8,989 bases of DNA. Origin: Octopus sinensis. Taxonomy: Eukaryota. The DNA is taken from NCBI RefSeq assembly GCF_006345805.1, contig NW_021828105.1, positions 1-8,989 on the forward strand. Reading direction: 5' to 3'. Below are positions 7,979 to 8,989 of this stretch, piece after piece. Each line of letters starts with the position of its first letter. Positions within the stretch are counted from its first letter, which is position 1. A program made the position numbers and the translations under genes. The notes under the pieces are model-generated. The model saw only the letters and a list, made by a program, of their open reading frames with translations. It made no database searches and had not been told where the DNA came from.

Positions 7979-8484
7979 TATGACGACGACGACAACAACG
8001 ACGATGATGGTGATGACGATGATGATGATGATGATGAGGATGATGGTGATGATGAGGATGATGGCGATGATGGTGGTGGTGGTGGTGGTGAAGATGATGA
8101 TAATGATGAAGGTGACGACGACAGTGACGTTAATGATGATGATGATGATGGTGCTGGTGGCGCTGATGATGGTGGTGATGATGATGATGATGATGATGAT
8201 GTTGATGGTGGTGAAGATGATGATGATGGCGATGATGGTGGTGGTGGTGGTGATGATGATGATGATGATGAAGATGATGAAGATGATATTGATGACGACG
8301 ATGATGATGAGGATGACGATGATGGTGGTGCTGATGCTGGTGGTAGTGGGGTGGTGCTGCTGATGGAGATGACTACGAAGATGATGGTGATGAAGATGAT
8401 GATAACGATAATTGGGGTGGTGATGGTGGATGTGATGATGATGATGGTGTTCGTGATGATGATGATGATGATGATGGTGATGAT
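7979..8484. repeat. Degenerate (GAT)n/(GGT)n/(GAC)n trinucleotide tract
   Basis: About 500 bp of gat/ggt/gac triplets. Produces the poly-Asp and poly-Met ORFs. Confidence 0.95.
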
Positions 8485-8789
8485 AGTATCTATTTGCTTT
8501 GAGTAGGCATTGCGATTTTAGGTGTTGTTTACATTAGATTAGATTAACTCCTGCACGGTTTTGCTAAATGCTGGCAAAAAGAAATGTGATAAAAGAAACA
8601 CTTAACCCTCCGTGGGGATTGATCTCGAAGACGACATGGTGAGAAGTATGAATAGTGCAGGAGATAGTAAAGAGTATTGGAACATAAGCCCGTCCGCCAT
8701 TTGCAATAAACAAGCAACAAGAATATAAAACATGTCAGCCACAACGAATATATAACTCACAAAACAAGTAATAAATATTTATTATATAA

Positions 8790-8900
8790 ATAATAATGAT
8801 GATAAAAATAATAATAATAATAATAATAATAATATAATAATATAATAATAATAGTAATAATAATAAAGTAATAATAATACTAATAATAATATAGTAATAA

Positions 8901-8934
<34 letters not shown>

Positions 8935-8989
8935 GTAAAATAATAATACTAATAATAATAATAGTAATAATAATAATATAATAATAATA
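8790..8989. repeat. Degenerate (AAT)n microsatellite, runs off the window end
   Basis: aataataat interrupted by recurring atagt and act variants. Confidence 0.97.

Overview
AT-rich eukaryotic non-coding DNA, almost certainly cephalopod (octopus-like, judged from SINE families I recognise from memory and the microsatellite content). It is densely filled with tRNA-derived SINEs (two with clear target-site duplications), simple repeats and one decayed retroelement. I find no intact protein-coding gene; nearly all ORFs in the track are microsatellite or SINE read-throughs. The only real protein homology is a frameshifted Penelope-like reverse transcriptase fossil (4932-5670), split over several frames and only partly visible in the ORF track. 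The most unusual structure is a ~125-bp-arm inverted duplication (4480-4793) around a (TA)13(TG)19 core, just upstream of the RT fossil. Two inverted SINE pairs could form dsRNA if transcribed. I see no evidence for a new functional biological system; the findings concern repeat biology and genome structure.
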